In this document: piece by piece, positions 8,470 to 20,279 of the stretch
Layout of the letters: each line of letters starts with the position of its first letter
How positions within the stretch are numbered: position 1 is the first letter of the stretch
NCBI GenBank assembly: GCA_035559535.1
Contig: DATMBG010000012.1
Span: 62,001-126,000 of the forward strand
Length of the DNA stretch: 64,000 nt
DNA from: Candidatus Limnocylindrales bacterium
Lineage (GTDB): Bacteria > Moduliflexota > Moduliflexia > Moduliflexales > JAUQPW01
Reading direction: 5' to 3'
Program-made: the position numbers and the translations under genes
Notes under the pieces: generated by a model
What the model was told of the DNA's origin: nothing
What the model saw: the letters and a program-made list of their open reading frames with translations, nothing else
Databases searched by the model: none

Positions 8470-9489
8470 ATGATCGAAAAATTTAACGTGAAACAAACCC
8501 AACCTTGGATCTCCAAACTCTATGGGTATGGGCTTGTTTTAATTCTCGCTCTGGTCTCTGTCCTTTATTCCGGTCTTCTTCATCGCTCTGACCCCTGGCC
8601 CGATCCACAGACACCTCCCCTTCCCCCTCTGGTTCTCTCTCTCCCAGGTTTGGAAAGGGGGACGGGAGGTGGGGAAGAGATAGAAGCGCGAGGACGCGGG
8701 GGCCCAGGAGCCCAAAGATATCGGGAAGCAAAGACGGAAAACGGTTCTGTGGTCAGACAGAAATTCGATGTAAAAAGGAAAAATAATCTCCCCTTTCCTT
8801 CCGTTCCCAGATCTCGACCTCTCTATACCGATTCCTCTGACTCGGATCTTATTACCTTTGATGATGGTCCGACCCCTCAGACGACCCCTCATATCTTGGA
8901 TGTGCTGGATCGTTATGGGGTAAAGGCTAATTTTTTCCTGGAAGGTGAAAGAATTCGGCGGTACCCCTATCTGGCTCAGGAGATTCTCCGAAGGGGACAC
9001 CAACTGGGCTATCATTCCATGTGGCATCAAAACCTGGTTAACTTTTCTCGTGAAGAGATAGAACAGGACATTATAGAATTCCGTCAGGTTGTCAGAACCT
9101 ACGTGGATCCCCATTACCGGGTAACCCTGGGAAGACCTCCTTACGGAGGTTTTACCAAAGAAACCATCAAAACCTATTTCAAGTACCGAAAGAAAGGAAT
9201 CCTGTCCCACATTCCCATTAAAGACCTTGATAATCTGGTGGCTCCCCATATCCGAGAAGCATTTCGGCAGCAAGGTCTTGTCCTTCAATTATGGAATGTG
9301 GATGTAGAAGACTGGGAAAGACCGGTCAATATTCACTTTGCCGTCTCAGAACTCCTGAAACCAGGTCAACAAGTTCTTCTTCTGCACGAACTTCCTCTCT
9401 CTCACAGAGTTGGTAGACATCATGGATCCGATGCTTACCTGAAGCTGTCGGCCATTTTAGGATCTCTCCATCCTATGGCTTTAAAATGA
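8470..9489 (+). CDS. Membrane-anchored polysaccharide deacetylase (CE4/NodB)
   Basis: ITFDDGP, HSMWH, RPPYG, WNVDVEDW, LLLHE; N-terminal TM segment. Confidence 0.88.
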   Translation: MIEKFNVKQTQPWISKLYGYGLVLILALVSVLYSGLLHRSDPWPDPQTPPLPPLVLSLPGLERGTGGGEEIEARGRGGPGAQRYREAKTENGSVVRQKFDVKRKNNLPFPSVPRSRPLYTDSSDSDLITFDDGPTPQTTPHILDVLDRYGVKANFFLEGERIRRYPYLAQEILRRGHQLGYHSMWHQNLVNFSREEIEQDIIEFRQVVRTYVDPHYRVTLGRPPYGGFTKETIKTYFKYRKKGILSHIPIKDLDNLVAPHIREAFRQQGLVLQLWNVDVEDWERPVNIHFAVSELLKPGQQVLLLHELPLSHRVGRHHGSDAYLKLSAILGSLHPMALK

Positions 9490-11213
9490 ACCCTAATCTA
9501 AAAGCCAAAATAGGCCAGATGTTCATGGTAGGATTTGAAGGGGGAACCCCCACGGATAATATTCTTCGCCTGATCAGAGAATATCAGGTGGGAGGTATTA
9601 TCCTGTTCAGTCGAAACATCCAAAACCCTGTCCAACTAAAGGATTTGATCCATCAACTTCAAGCCCAAGCCTGCCAGACCGGTTTGGGGTTACCCCTTCT
9701 GGTTGCCATTGATCAGGAAGGGGGGATCGTAACCCGGTTGACCCGAGGATTTACCATATTTCCGGGTAATATGGCTCTGGGGGCTGCAGGTTCCGAAGAA
9801 CTCGCCGGGCAAGCAGCTGAGGTTATGGCCCGGGAAATGATGGCAATGGGAATTCATATGAACCTGGCTCCGGTATTGGATATCAATACCCGTCTGGATA
9901 ATCCAGGAATTGGAGTCCGGGCCTATGGAGACAATCCGCAACTGGTTGCCAGAATGGGAGTGGCCATGATCAAAGCTTACCAGCGGCACGGGATCATTGC
10001 GACGGCCAAACACTTTCCCGGAAAGGGGGATGCAGGGGTCGATGCCCATCTCGATCTTCCTTCTATTTTCCATTCCCGTGAACGACTGGAAAGAGTCGAA
10101 CTCTATCCCTTTGTGGCCGCTCTCCAGGCAGGGGTTAAAGCGATTATGACCTCCCACGTCTACTTCCCTGGACTCGAGGAATCCCATGCTCCGTTCTCTG
10201 TCTCTACCCAGATAGCAGCCCCAGAGTCAACCGGCTCATCCCCCCTTTCCCCCCTGATTTCTCCTCTCTCAAGTTGGCAAAGAGGAACAGGAAGTGAGGG
10301 GGAGGGGTTGTCCTCCCCGCTTCCTGCTACCCTCTCCCGGGCTATTACGGAAACGCTTTTGCGAAAAAAGCTTGGGTTCCAGGGTGTGGTGATAACCGAT
10401 GATCTGGAAATGGGAGCCATCCTTAGATATTTTGACTTGAAAGAGGCCGTTGTGAAGGCTGTGGAAGCCGGAGCGGATTTGTTGCTGATCTGTCGGGATT
10501 ATCAAAGACAGTTGGAAGGACTTCAGGGGCTTTATCGGGCCGTCGAAGAAGGACGCGTGGGGGAGGAGAGAATCTCGGCCTCTTTCCAACGCATTTTGAG
10601 CTTGAAACAGGCCTTTTGTGGAAAAAGAGGGGAAGGGGAGGGAAGAGGAGAAGCCCCCCCCTGGATGGATCAGGTAGGTACGGCTGAAAATCGTCGGGTC
10701 GCCTATGAAGTGGCCAAACGGGCTATTACCCTGGTACGAAATCGGAGAGGGCTGATCCCTTTAACTCCTTCCCAATACCACCGACCGGCAGTCCTTTATC
10801 CTAAAGTATTTACCCTTACCCAGGTGGAGGAAGGACCGGAACCTGTTACCCTATTCAGTGAATTTCGTCAACGCTATCCCCAGGCCGTAGGCTTTGAATT
10901 TGATACGGAACCCTCTCCAGATCAAATCCAGCAGGCCTGTGCAGTAGGTAGGGAAGCCGATCTTATCCTTATAGGTTCCTACAACAGTCATCTCAAATCT
11001 AAACAAAAACAGCTGATTCAAGAACTCATCGCTCTCCAGAAACCGATGGTTTTGATGGCCCTACGAAATCCCTATGACATCGGTGAATTTCCGGAAATTG
11101 AAACCTGTCTGGCCTTGTATGATTACCATGGAGCCTCCCTAATGGCCGGGATTCAGGTCCTTATGGGGGATATTCAGGCCGTGGGAAGGTTACCGGTTAC
11201 CATGAACTCTTAA
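9486..11213 (+). CDS. nagZ: Beta-N-acetylhexosaminidase (GH3)
   Basis: IDQEGG, NLAPVLD, KHFPGKG...DAH, ITDDLEMGAI, C-terminal GH3 domain. Confidence 0.88.
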   Translation: MNPNLKAKIGQMFMVGFEGGTPTDNILRLIREYQVGGIILFSRNIQNPVQLKDLIHQLQAQACQTGLGLPLLVAIDQEGGIVTRLTRGFTIFPGNMALGAAGSEELAGQAAEVMAREMMAMGIHMNLAPVLDINTRLDNPGIGVRAYGDNPQLVARMGVAMIKAYQRHGIIATAKHFPGKGDAGVDAHLDLPSIFHSRERLERVELYPFVAALQAGVKAIMTSHVYFPGLEESHAPFSVSTQIAAPESTGSSPLSPLISPLSSWQRGTGSEGEGLSSPLPATLSRAITETLLRKKLGFQGVVITDDLEMGAILRYFDLKEAVVKAVEAGADLLLICRDYQRQLEGLQGLYRAVEEGRVGEERISASFQRILSLKQAFCGKRGEGEGRGEAPPWMDQVGTAENRRVAYEVAKRAITLVRNRRGLIPLTPSQYHRPAVLYPKVFTLTQVEEGPEPVTLFSEFRQRYPQAVGFEFDTEPSPDQIQQACAVGREADLILIGSYNSHLKSKQKQLIQELIALQKPMVLMALRNPYDIGEFPEIETCLALYDYHGASLMAGIQVLMGDIQAVGRLPVTMNS

Positions 11214-11224
11214 CCGTTAACGCA

Positions 11225-11446
11225 CAATGGGATTAAGTTAAGGGCTAAGATGGAAGGGTTTTTTAGTTCCATCCGGAGGGCTCTATTTAGAGTCCCACGT
11301 ATCCCGGCTAAAATCCTCCCGCTCCGTCCAGAGTGGCCGGTGAAACAGTTCGCCCCGAGGGGGCTTTGAGGATGTCTAGGGTGTGGTAGCGATCACCGGG
11401 TCGTCTCTACAGAACTTTAACCTTTAGCTTACTCTTAATGCCATTG
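11225..11446. mobile_element. MITE-like non-autonomous element
   Basis: Terminal inverted repeats CAATGGGATTAAG / CTTAATGCCATTG; no coding capacity. Confidence 0.6.
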
Positions 11447-11489
11447 AACCCTTAGCGATAGGGAAAGGCCCTGTGGGTTACCTGCCTAC

Positions 11490-12509
11490 TTACTTTTTAA
11501 AATACTGCGCCTGGTGTAATCCCTTGGGATCCACATAATCCCGGATGGCATCTCCCAGGAACTGGAAGGACATGACGATGAGAAAAATCACCACCCCGGG
11601 GCTGAGGATCCAGGGATAATTGATAATGGCCTGGGCATTGGTTGCTGCCGATAAAAGATTTCCTAAAGAAGGCTGGGGTTCCTGAATTCCCAATCCGATA
11701 ACACTGAGGGAAGCCTCCCCCAGGATATATCCCGGAATACTCAACGTGGCAGCTACAATGGTATAGTTAAAAATGTTGGGGATGATATGTTTAAAAAGAA
11801 TTCGGGAGTTGGAGGCTCCAAGGGCTGTAGAGGCCTGGACGTAATCCATCTCTTTCACAGAAAGAACCATTCCCCGGATAATCCTGGCAAAACCGGCCCA
11901 TCCTATAAAACTCAAAATGATGACGATGATAATAAATGTAGCTCCAGGGGATATACCGGCAGGGATCGTCACAGCCAGGGCAACCAGGAAGTAAAAACTG
12001 GGAATGCTCATCAAAACCTCACATAACCTCATAATGAGGTTATCGACCTTTCCTCCGGCATAGCCGGCAATGCTTCCCATAATAATGCCTATGGTGAAAC
12101 TGATCAGTACCCCAATCGGACCTATGGCCAGACTGATACGGCTTCCGTAAATAATTCTCGAGAATAAATCTCTTCCCAGATCATCGGTTCCCAGTAAGAA
12201 AACCTTGATTTTCTTTGAATTTACTCCGAACAGGCGATGGTCTGGTGTCCAGAAATCGATATAATACTTTTCCCCCGGGATCTCCTGGTAGGTCCGATCA
12301 TGGATATTGATCAGCTTATATTCATGAACATAGGGACGCCAGCCATCCCAGTGGATACGGGTCGGTGGTGCGTCGGGCATGCGCCGGTTCTGCTCAGAAT
12401 AAGGATAAGGTGCTATAAAATCGGCAAAGATAGCCACCAGATAGAAAAAGACCAGAAGGCCTAAACTGAGTTTAGCCGGAAAATCTAAAGATCTGAAAAA
12501 CTTTCTCAT
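11490..12509 (-). CDS. Peptide/nickel ABC transporter permease (OppC-like)
   Basis: LGTDDLGRDLFSRIIYGSRISL; EAA-like loop DYVQASTALGAS. Confidence 0.92.
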   Translation of the reverse strand: MRKFFRSLDFPAKLSLGLLVFFYLVAIFADFIAPYPYSEQNRRMPDAPPTRIHWDGWRPYVHEYKLINIHDRTYQEIPGEKYYIDFWTPDHRLFGVNSKKIKVFLLGTDDLGRDLFSRIIYGSRISLAIGPIGVLISFTIGIIMGSIAGYAGGKVDNLIMRLCEVLMSIPSFYFLVALAVTIPAGISPGATFIIIVIILSFIGWAGFARIIRGMVLSVKEMDYVQASTALGASNSRILFKHIIPNIFNYTIVAATLSIPGYILGEASLSVIGLGIQEPQPSLGNLLSAATNAQAIINYPWILSPGVVIFLIVMSFQFLGDAIRDYVDPKGLHQAQYFKK

Positions 12510-12738
12510 TACCGAAGATGTATCCCCTTAGGAGTTAAACGTGTAAAGTACCAGGGCGAGCCCTTGCCTGTCTCTGGGTAAATGCCGTGACGCAATTCCT
12601 TCGTACCCGGATTGTTTCCTCATCTCGCCCCTGGCAAGGGTAGATTCCTTTCTGGAAAATCAAGCTGGTTCTAAAACCGGAGACCAAGGGTTTGTTTTCT
12701 AAACTTCCTGTCTCCGGTCCTGAATGTCAAGCCCCAAG

Positions 12739-13797
12739 TTAATCCAGCTTAATCCTGGGATCTATCACCGTCAGGGCGATATCTGCCAGTAAGTTTCCTA
12801 CGATCAACAAGACCGTTCCCATGACAAGATCGGCCAGGACCAGATAGAGGTCCTGGGAGCGTACGGCCTGAAGCATGAGCTGTCCCAATCCCTGTAAACC
12901 CAGGATAGCTTCCACTAGGGCAGCACCTCCTAATAAGGCTCCTAACGTGTAACCTGCCATGGTGATAAAAGGATTCAGAGCATTTTTTAAAATATGCTTC
13001 ATCACCACCTTAAACTCAGAAAGACCTTTAGCTCTGGCGGTACGTACATATTCGCTATTTTTTATTTCCAGGATCTGTCCTCGCATAAGTCGCATGAGGG
13101 AAGCCATGCCTGAGGTACCCAGTACAAAAACAGGGATAATCAGATGGAGGATACGATCCCAGATTTTGCCCCAGAAATCCAGGGAGCTATATTCCGGGGA
13201 GACCGTCCCTCCGGCCGGAAGCCATCCGGTTTTCATGGCCACATACAAGAGGAGAAAAGCCAGGAAGAAATTGGGAATACTGATCCCAAAGAAGGCGATA
13301 AACGAAAGGACCTTATCTGCGATGCCACCTGGCCGCATGGCTACATAGATCCCCAGGGGAAGTGCCAGCATCCAGGTGAAGAGCATGGAACTGGCGGACA
13401 GAATAATGGTATTTACAGCCCGGGAAGCTATCAAAGAGAGAACATCCACGTGATAAGCAATACTTTCTCCAAAATCCAACCGGGTTACAATTCGCCATAA
13501 CCAGAAGAGATACCTCCCGATAACGGAATCCATCCATTTGATAGCCTCTTGAAGCCCTTGGGGCAAGGAACTCCAGAGTTCCGGGAAATGTTCTGTAATG
13601 AAAGGTAAAACAAAGGATCTATCGAATCCAAATCGTTCTTTCATCCTCTGGAGGGTTTCCTGGGAAATTTGAGGATTCAACTGTAACGTAGAAAAGAAGT
13701 CTCCCGGGGCCATTTCGATGATCAAGAAGGAAAGAAAGGTAATTCCCAGGAGTAAAGGGACAAAATGGATGATACGGGAAAGGATATATTTTCTCAT
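12739..13797 (-). CDS. Peptide/nickel ABC transporter permease (OppB-like)
   Basis: APGD, LDFGESI, YVRTARAKGLSE..V..KHILKNAL. Confidence 0.92.
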   Translation of the reverse strand: MRKYILSRIIHFVPLLLGITFLSFLIIEMAPGDFFSTLQLNPQISQETLQRMKERFGFDRSFVLPFITEHFPELWSSLPQGLQEAIKWMDSVIGRYLFWLWRIVTRLDFGESIAYHVDVLSLIASRAVNTIILSASSMLFTWMLALPLGIYVAMRPGGIADKVLSFIAFFGISIPNFFLAFLLLYVAMKTGWLPAGGTVSPEYSSLDFWGKIWDRILHLIIPVFVLGTSGMASLMRLMRGQILEIKNSEYVRTARAKGLSEFKVVMKHILKNALNPFITMAGYTLGALLGGAALVEAILGLQGLGQLMLQAVRSQDLYLVLADLVMGTVLLIVGNLLADIALTVIDPRIKLD

Positions 13798-15476
13798 GGC
13801 TTGATTCGAATCAACTCCGGACGGTAGGTCCCAAAGATCGTGGGTTCGTAGTTTTCAATTTTATTTTTATAGGCTACAAAAACTTTGGGCCTGGCCGTTA
13901 AGATCAGGGGGAGTTCGTCATGGAGAATTTCTTGGATACGTTTGTAAATCTGGGATCTTTTCTCTTGATTCAATTCCCTGGCACCTGCATCGACCAGCTG
14001 GTCAATTTCGGCTTCCCAGGCCGTCGCCGGTTTTTCCTGACGTGGGTTCCAGGCGTGGAGCTTTCCGGAGCTTTTATAAATATTGGCCCCAAAATGGGGT
14101 TCTAATCCTCCCGTAAATCCCAGTAGAACGGCATCCCATTCAAAGTTATTCACCAGCTTTTCAACCAGTGAGTTAAATTCCAGGGGTTTATAATTAACCT
14201 TGAGATTTAACTTCTTTTCCCAATCTTCTTTGAGAATCACACAGATCTTTTCCCGGACACTGTTCCCCGAATTCGTGTAAAGATCAAACTCAATTTTATT
14301 ACCTTCTTTATCTTCCCGGATGCCATCGCCATCCCGATCCTGATACCCTGCCTTTTCCAGAATCTCTACGGCCAGATCGGGATTGTATTCATAATCCTTG
14401 AGATTTTCATTATGATAAAGGGGAACCGATTCTGAAATATAGGCCACCGCCGGGGCCCCATATCCGTTCATCACAGAGAGAATAATTCCTTCTTTATCCA
14501 CGGTATGGGCCAGGGCTTTGAGAAAGTTTTTATCGGTAAACCAAGTCAGCTTGGGATCTGTTTTTCCGTTTTTAACATAGTGTCTGGGATTTCGATTAAA
14601 GACTACAAATTCGGTTCCAGTGGAGATTCCTATTTCCTTAACGGTAATACCTAGATTCTTTTGATTTTTTTTAAGGTCTTCCACATCTTCCCCACGTGGA
14701 AAGTAGATATCGGTGTCTCCATTTTTAAATTTTAAATAAGCGGTGTCAATATTCTGGACGATTAGATTGATCTCTTCATTCAAATAAGGGAGCTGATTTC
14801 CCTGGTCGTCCCTTTGCCAGTAATAGGGATTTTTTATCAGTCTGGCAAACTGCGCCGGAACATATTCGGCCAGTTTATACCGTCCAGTTCCTACAATTTT
14901 ATTGGGAGGCGTGTTAATACCCCATTGGGAAGTAAAGGTCCCGTTTTTGAGAGATTCTCCCAGTACATGCTCCGGGAGAATATCTATTCCGAGACTGCCC
15001 AAAAACGGAGCAAAGGGGGCGGGAAGGGTAAATTTGACGGTATATTCGTCGATTACTTCCACCTGAATTTTCTGCCCGTCGATGATGAAAATATCCCGGG
15101 CACTATTGGGGACCCGGTCATCGTAGATGGCATCGAAGGTAAACTTAACATCCCGGGCCGTGAATTTAGTCCCATCATTCCAACGAACATCGTCTCTCAA
15201 GTGAAATATCCAGACTTTACCGTCCTCGCTTACATCCCAGGATTTAGCCAGAAAAGGCTCAACAATCCCTGTTTTGGGATTGGTACGGGTTAAACCTTCA
15301 AACAGATCTCCTACGATAGCCGATGAGCTGGTCTCATCGCTCACCAGTAGATTAAAGGTCTTAGGATCTGCAATGGTAGCGGTAGTCAACTTTTGTTCCA
15401 CTTCAGCCTCTGCAAAGGTTCCGAAGAGGCCTGACAAGGTTAGTAAAAAAGCTAAAGGTATCCACTGTGGTTTCAT
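13794..15476 (-). CDS. Peptide ABC transporter substrate-binding protein (family 5)
   Basis: Signal peptide; DPKTFN, LAKSWDVSEDGKVWIFHLR, FTARDVKFT. Confidence 0.92.
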   Translation of the reverse strand: MKPQWIPLAFLLTLSGLFGTFAEAEVEQKLTTATIADPKTFNLLVSDETSSSAIVGDLFEGLTRTNPKTGIVEPFLAKSWDVSEDGKVWIFHLRDDVRWNDGTKFTARDVKFTFDAIYDDRVPNSARDIFIIDGQKIQVEVIDEYTVKFTLPAPFAPFLGSLGIDILPEHVLGESLKNGTFTSQWGINTPPNKIVGTGRYKLAEYVPAQFARLIKNPYYWQRDDQGNQLPYLNEEINLIVQNIDTAYLKFKNGDTDIYFPRGEDVEDLKKNQKNLGITVKEIGISTGTEFVVFNRNPRHYVKNGKTDPKLTWFTDKNFLKALAHTVDKEGIILSVMNGYGAPAVAYISESVPLYHNENLKDYEYNPDLAVEILEKAGYQDRDGDGIREDKEGNKIEFDLYTNSGNSVREKICVILKEDWEKKLNLKVNYKPLEFNSLVEKLVNNFEWDAVLLGFTGGLEPHFGANIYKSSGKLHAWNPRQEKPATAWEAEIDQLVDAGARELNQEKRSQIYKRIQEILHDELPLILTARPKVFVAYKNKIENYEPTIFGTYRPELIRIKP

Positions 15477-15655
15477 AACATCTCCTCGAACTAAAGGTTC
15501 TTAGGGGTTAGAGGATTTGGGATCATGCAAAAGTATTCTATGAGTAGTATTATACCCTTCAGGAGGGGTCGGTTGTCAATGCTATTTTTTAGAGGTCTTC
15601 CTATGGGGTTGACAACCTGGGGGGTAGGATCTGGTTATAAATTTTCTCAAATAAC

Positions 15656-15684
15656 TTGACAATATAAAACTAAAGTTTTATATT
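15656..15684 (+). promoter_or_regulatory. Sigma70-type promoter of hsp20
   Basis: TTGACA-17 nt-TATATT. Confidence 0.6.
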
Positions 15685-15808
15685 TGAGATAGACTCATAG
15701 ATACCTGACCATCTCATCCATCGAGGAAGGGTGTTGGGACTGCTTTAAATAAGGTGAATTTCTGCCATATTTTCAGCGCCTACATCCTCAAAATAGGAGG
15801 TAAATCCT

Positions 15809-16261
15809 ATGGCTATTCTCAGATGGGATCCTTTTAGAGATCTATCCATCATTCAAGAGAGAATGAACAAACTCTTTGAGGAATCCATAGCCCGATCTCG
15901 AGGAGAAGAAGGGACTTCGTTGGCAGCCTGGGTCCCCCCGGTCGACATCTATGAAACCAAAGATGCCATCGTCGTTAAAGCCGAACTTCCCGGGATTGAT
16001 CAGAAAGATATCGAAGTCCAGGTTCATGATAATATCTTAACCATTCGAGGGGAAAGAAAATTTGAAAGTGATGTCAAGCGGGAAAATTTCCACCGTATTG
16101 AAAGGGCTTACGGAACCTTCCAGCGTTCTTTCTCCATCCCGAATACCATTCGGCAAGATCAAGTTAAAGCACGCTTTCATAATGGGATTTTAGAGATCAC
16201 CTTACCTAAAATGGAAGAAGCCAAACCCAGACAGATTAAAGTCGATGTGGTAACTTCGTGA
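15809..16261 (+). CDS. Small heat shock protein (Hsp20/alpha-crystallin)
   Basis: WDPFRDL, PPVDIYET, AELPG, LTIRGERK, ERAYGTFQRSF, NGILEITLPK. Confidence 0.95.
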   Translation: MAILRWDPFRDLSIIQERMNKLFEESIARSRGEEGTSLAAWVPPVDIYETKDAIVVKAELPGIDQKDIEVQVHDNILTIRGERKFESDVKRENFHRIERAYGTFQRSFSIPNTIRQDQVKARFHNGILEITLPKMEEAKPRQIKVDVVTS

Positions 16262-16330
16262 TGATGGGGTCAGATCTCACGTTCCTCAGGCAGGTTAAAC
16301 AAGATTTTTAAATAAACCCTATAAAAAAAC

Positions 16331-16359
16331 TTGACAAGGAATTTTTCCCTTTCTATTTT
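16331..16359 (+). promoter_or_regulatory. Sigma70-type promoter of groEL
   Basis: TTGACA-17 nt-TATTTT. Confidence 0.55.
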
Positions 16360-16428
16360 ATCATGTAGGTAGCTGGTCCTCTAAAGGATTTGAGTCTTGG
16401 ATTTGTTTTATTTTTTTATCCTGTTAAA

Positions 16429-16455
16429 TTAGCACTCATTAAATATGAGTGCTAA
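16429..16455 (+). promoter_or_regulatory. CIRCE operator (HrcA site)
   Basis: Perfect TTAGCACTC-N9-GAGTGCTAA, 27 nt before the groEL start. Confidence 0.97.
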
Positions 16456-16479
16456 CAACCTGCAACTTAAGGAGGGTAA

Positions 16480-18099
<1,620 letters not shown>

Positions 18100-18103
18100 A
18101 AAC

Positions 18104-18170
18104 AGGAGTCAGGAGTCAGGGAAGTAGGGATGGAAGGTCTTCCATCCCTACACCCCTGACTCCTTTCTTT
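18104..18170 (+). terminator. Long hairpin / probable terminator after groEL
   Basis: AGGAGTCAGGG...GTAGGGATGGAAG-CTTCCATCCCTAC...CCCTGACTCCT then T-rich. Confidence 0.65.
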
Positions 18171-18183
18171 CTAGCCTGATCCT

Positions 18184-18471
18184 ATGCCTATCTACGAATA
18201 CGAGTGCACCCAGTGTAAGCAGACCTTCGAAATATTACAAAAATTTAATGATTCTCCCTTAGAGAAGTGTATCCTTTGTCATGGAGGACCTGTAAGGAAA
18301 TTGATTTCTGCTTCTGCTTTCGTACTGAAAGGGGCCGGATTTTATGTGAACGATTATCCTTCGGCAAGTCGGAAGAAGGGCGTGGAATCGGAAAAGAATG
18401 GAAGTTCCGAGAAAAAATCGGAATCCCCACCGGAATCTAAATCGGAAAAAGCCGAAAAGGCTGCTGCCTGA
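18184..18471 (+). CDS. FmdB-family zinc-ribbon protein
   Basis: MPIYEYECTQC...C..C...LKGAGFYVNDY. Confidence 0.9.
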   Translation: MPIYEYECTQCKQTFEILQKFNDSPLEKCILCHGGPVRKLISASAFVLKGAGFYVNDYPSASRKKGVESEKNGSSEKKSESPPESKSEKAEKAAA

Positions 18472-18497
18472 GACTATTAAAAATTTCCTGGAAAGAT

Positions 18498-18531
18498 GAG
18501 CCGTGGAATTAAACCTACGGCTCTTTTTTTA
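18498..18531 (+). terminator. Rho-independent terminator
   Basis: GAGCCGTGG-loop-CTACGGCTC plus T run; resembles the terminator at 3438. Confidence 0.75.
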
Positions 18532-18588
18532 TCCCAGGTTAAAGGTTTCGTCTCCTGAGAAACCCATTCCCTTTCTTCAGGTATCCCT

Positions 18589-19446
18589 TCACAACTTACC
18601 CGGCTTTGGGTTTTCTCCCATGAGGAATTGCCGAATATCCTCGGCAAAGGTTACCTCGGAGTCATCCTCAGGCTGATAGCCGATCACCTTTCGGGCATTG
18701 GCAATACTCCAAAAAGCCCTGGCATTATCGGAAATTCCATAGAAAATCTGGAAGGGAATCCCATGCTCATCTTCGATATTCTCAGTTTCTATGGACCTCA
18801 AGACCAGTTGCCTCCAATCTCGCTCGCTGAGATAGGCCCCAAGATCCCGTTTGTATCCTAAGGGATTATCCTTAAACAGATTGACATCGATACGACGGGG
18901 CGCTCCGATCCGAAGCTGAATGACCTCCAGCTTTCGTCCACGGGTACCACTGGCATACACAAAGCCTAAACCTTCATAGGCCAGCTTGGCCCAGCCATAG
19001 TAATTATCGGATTTAGGCGGAAAATCCGGAGTCAACATGTCTAACTTCCTGGTTCGAATAAGCTGATGCTCATACCAATCGGCTGCATGGTTTGAGCTGG
19101 CCACTACTACCCGTCGCACCCCTTCTTCCAGGGCAACCTGATAAACATTGTAAGCCATCCTTACATTATCCAACTCGTCAAAGAAGGTCGCTTTACGGAA
19201 ATCCGCAAAGGTATTGCCTTTATAACCCAGATGAACCACCGTATCAATCCCTCTAAAATACTTTCGATAGTTATCCAAATTGTGATCGATCAGATCGACC
19301 TCGACAATATCTTCAATGACCGTTCCATCTCTCCTCTGTTTTCGAATGTCCAGCAACGTGAGGGTGTATCTTTCCCTAAAAACCGGAAGTAATTGTCCGG
19401 CCAGGTACCCTGCAGCACCTGTAATAAGTACATTCCGTTTAGCCAT
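18589..19446 (-). CDS. NAD-dependent epimerase/dehydratase (uronate dehydrogenase-like)
   Basis: ITGAAG, VASSNHA, YGWAK, LRIG, YLSERD. Confidence 0.8.
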   Translation of the reverse strand: MAKRNVLITGAAGYLAGQLLPVFRERYTLTLLDIRKQRRDGTVIEDIVEVDLIDHNLDNYRKYFRGIDTVVHLGYKGNTFADFRKATFFDELDNVRMAYNVYQVALEEGVRRVVVASSNHAADWYEHQLIRTRKLDMLTPDFPPKSDNYYGWAKLAYEGLGFVYASGTRGRKLEVIQLRIGAPRRIDVNLFKDNPLGYKRDLGAYLSERDWRQLVLRSIETENIEDEHGIPFQIFYGISDNARAFWSIANARKVIGYQPEDDSEVTFAEDIRQFLMGENPKPGKL

Positions 19447-19471
19447 AAGCTCTCCTCCCTTGATTAACCTA

Positions 19472-20263
19472 TCATAATAAACTTTTCACAACCCCTCCAT
19501 CAATTTGAATATTGGTTCCTGTAATATAATTAGCCCGCTCTGAAGCCAGAAATACCACCATATCAGCAAATTCCTTAGGCTGTCCAACACGTCCCAGAGG
19601 AATTGTTTTTTCAACGGAGGCAATGACTTCTTCGATGGGGCTACCCTGTTTCTTGGCTCGAGCTTCCATAACCTCCATGAATCGATCGGTTTGAATATAG
19701 CCGGGGCAAACGTTGTTGACCAGGATATTATCCTTTGCCAGTTCATTAGCCAGAGTTTTCGTAAGTCCGGTGACTCCGGCCCGAAGGGCGTTGGAGGTGA
19801 TCAACCCATCGACCGGTTGCTTAACCGTTACAGAAGTGATGGTAATAATCCTTCCCCACTTTTGCCTTTGCATATGGGGAATAACAGCATAGCACAAATA
19901 AACGGTACTCATGAAGGTTAAATGAAAGCTTTTCTCCCAAACTTCCGGATTATGGTCCAGAAAAGCTCCTGCAGGGGGACCTCCTGCATTATTAATCAGG
20001 ATATCAATCCGACCGAATCGGGAAATCGCCTGGTCTACCAACCGCTTGACCTGATCTGGTTGGGTTACATCAACAGCCATAGCTAAAATCTCTGCACCAG
20101 TGGCCGATTCGATTTCTTTGGCCGTATTCTTTAAGGCTTCTTCTCCCCGGGCGCACAGGACCAGTTTCGCCCCTTCTTCTGCTAAACCCCGGGCTATGGC
20201 TTTTCCTAATCCCTTACTTGAAGCAGCTACTAAGGCAACTTTATTTTTTAATCCCAAATCCAT
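19472..20263 (-). CDS. SDR-family oxidoreductase
   Basis: MDLGLKNKVALVAASSKGLG, NNAGGP, IQIDGG; start moved to 20263 because the upstream extension is repeat-derived. Confidence 0.9.
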   Translation of the reverse strand: MDLGLKNKVALVAASSKGLGKAIARGLAEEGAKLVLCARGEEALKNTAKEIESATGAEILAMAVDVTQPDQVKRLVDQAISRFGRIDILINNAGGPPAGAFLDHNPEVWEKSFHLTFMSTVYLCYAVIPHMQRQKWGRIITITSVTVKQPVDGLITSNALRAGVTGLTKTLANELAKDNILVNNVCPGYIQTDRFMEVMEARAKKQGSPIEEVIASVEKTIPLGRVGQPKEFADMVVFLASERANYITGTNIQIDGGVVKSLL

Positions 20264-20279
20264 GATTAATAGTAGAAAA

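Noticed and set aside
8539-9288. 249-aa antisense ORF
   Set aside because: Shadow of the deacetylase gene; no recognisable motif
11490-15476. Opp cluster lacking ATPase genes as a novelty
   Set aside because: OppD/F genes are often encoded elsewhere; not informative from this window
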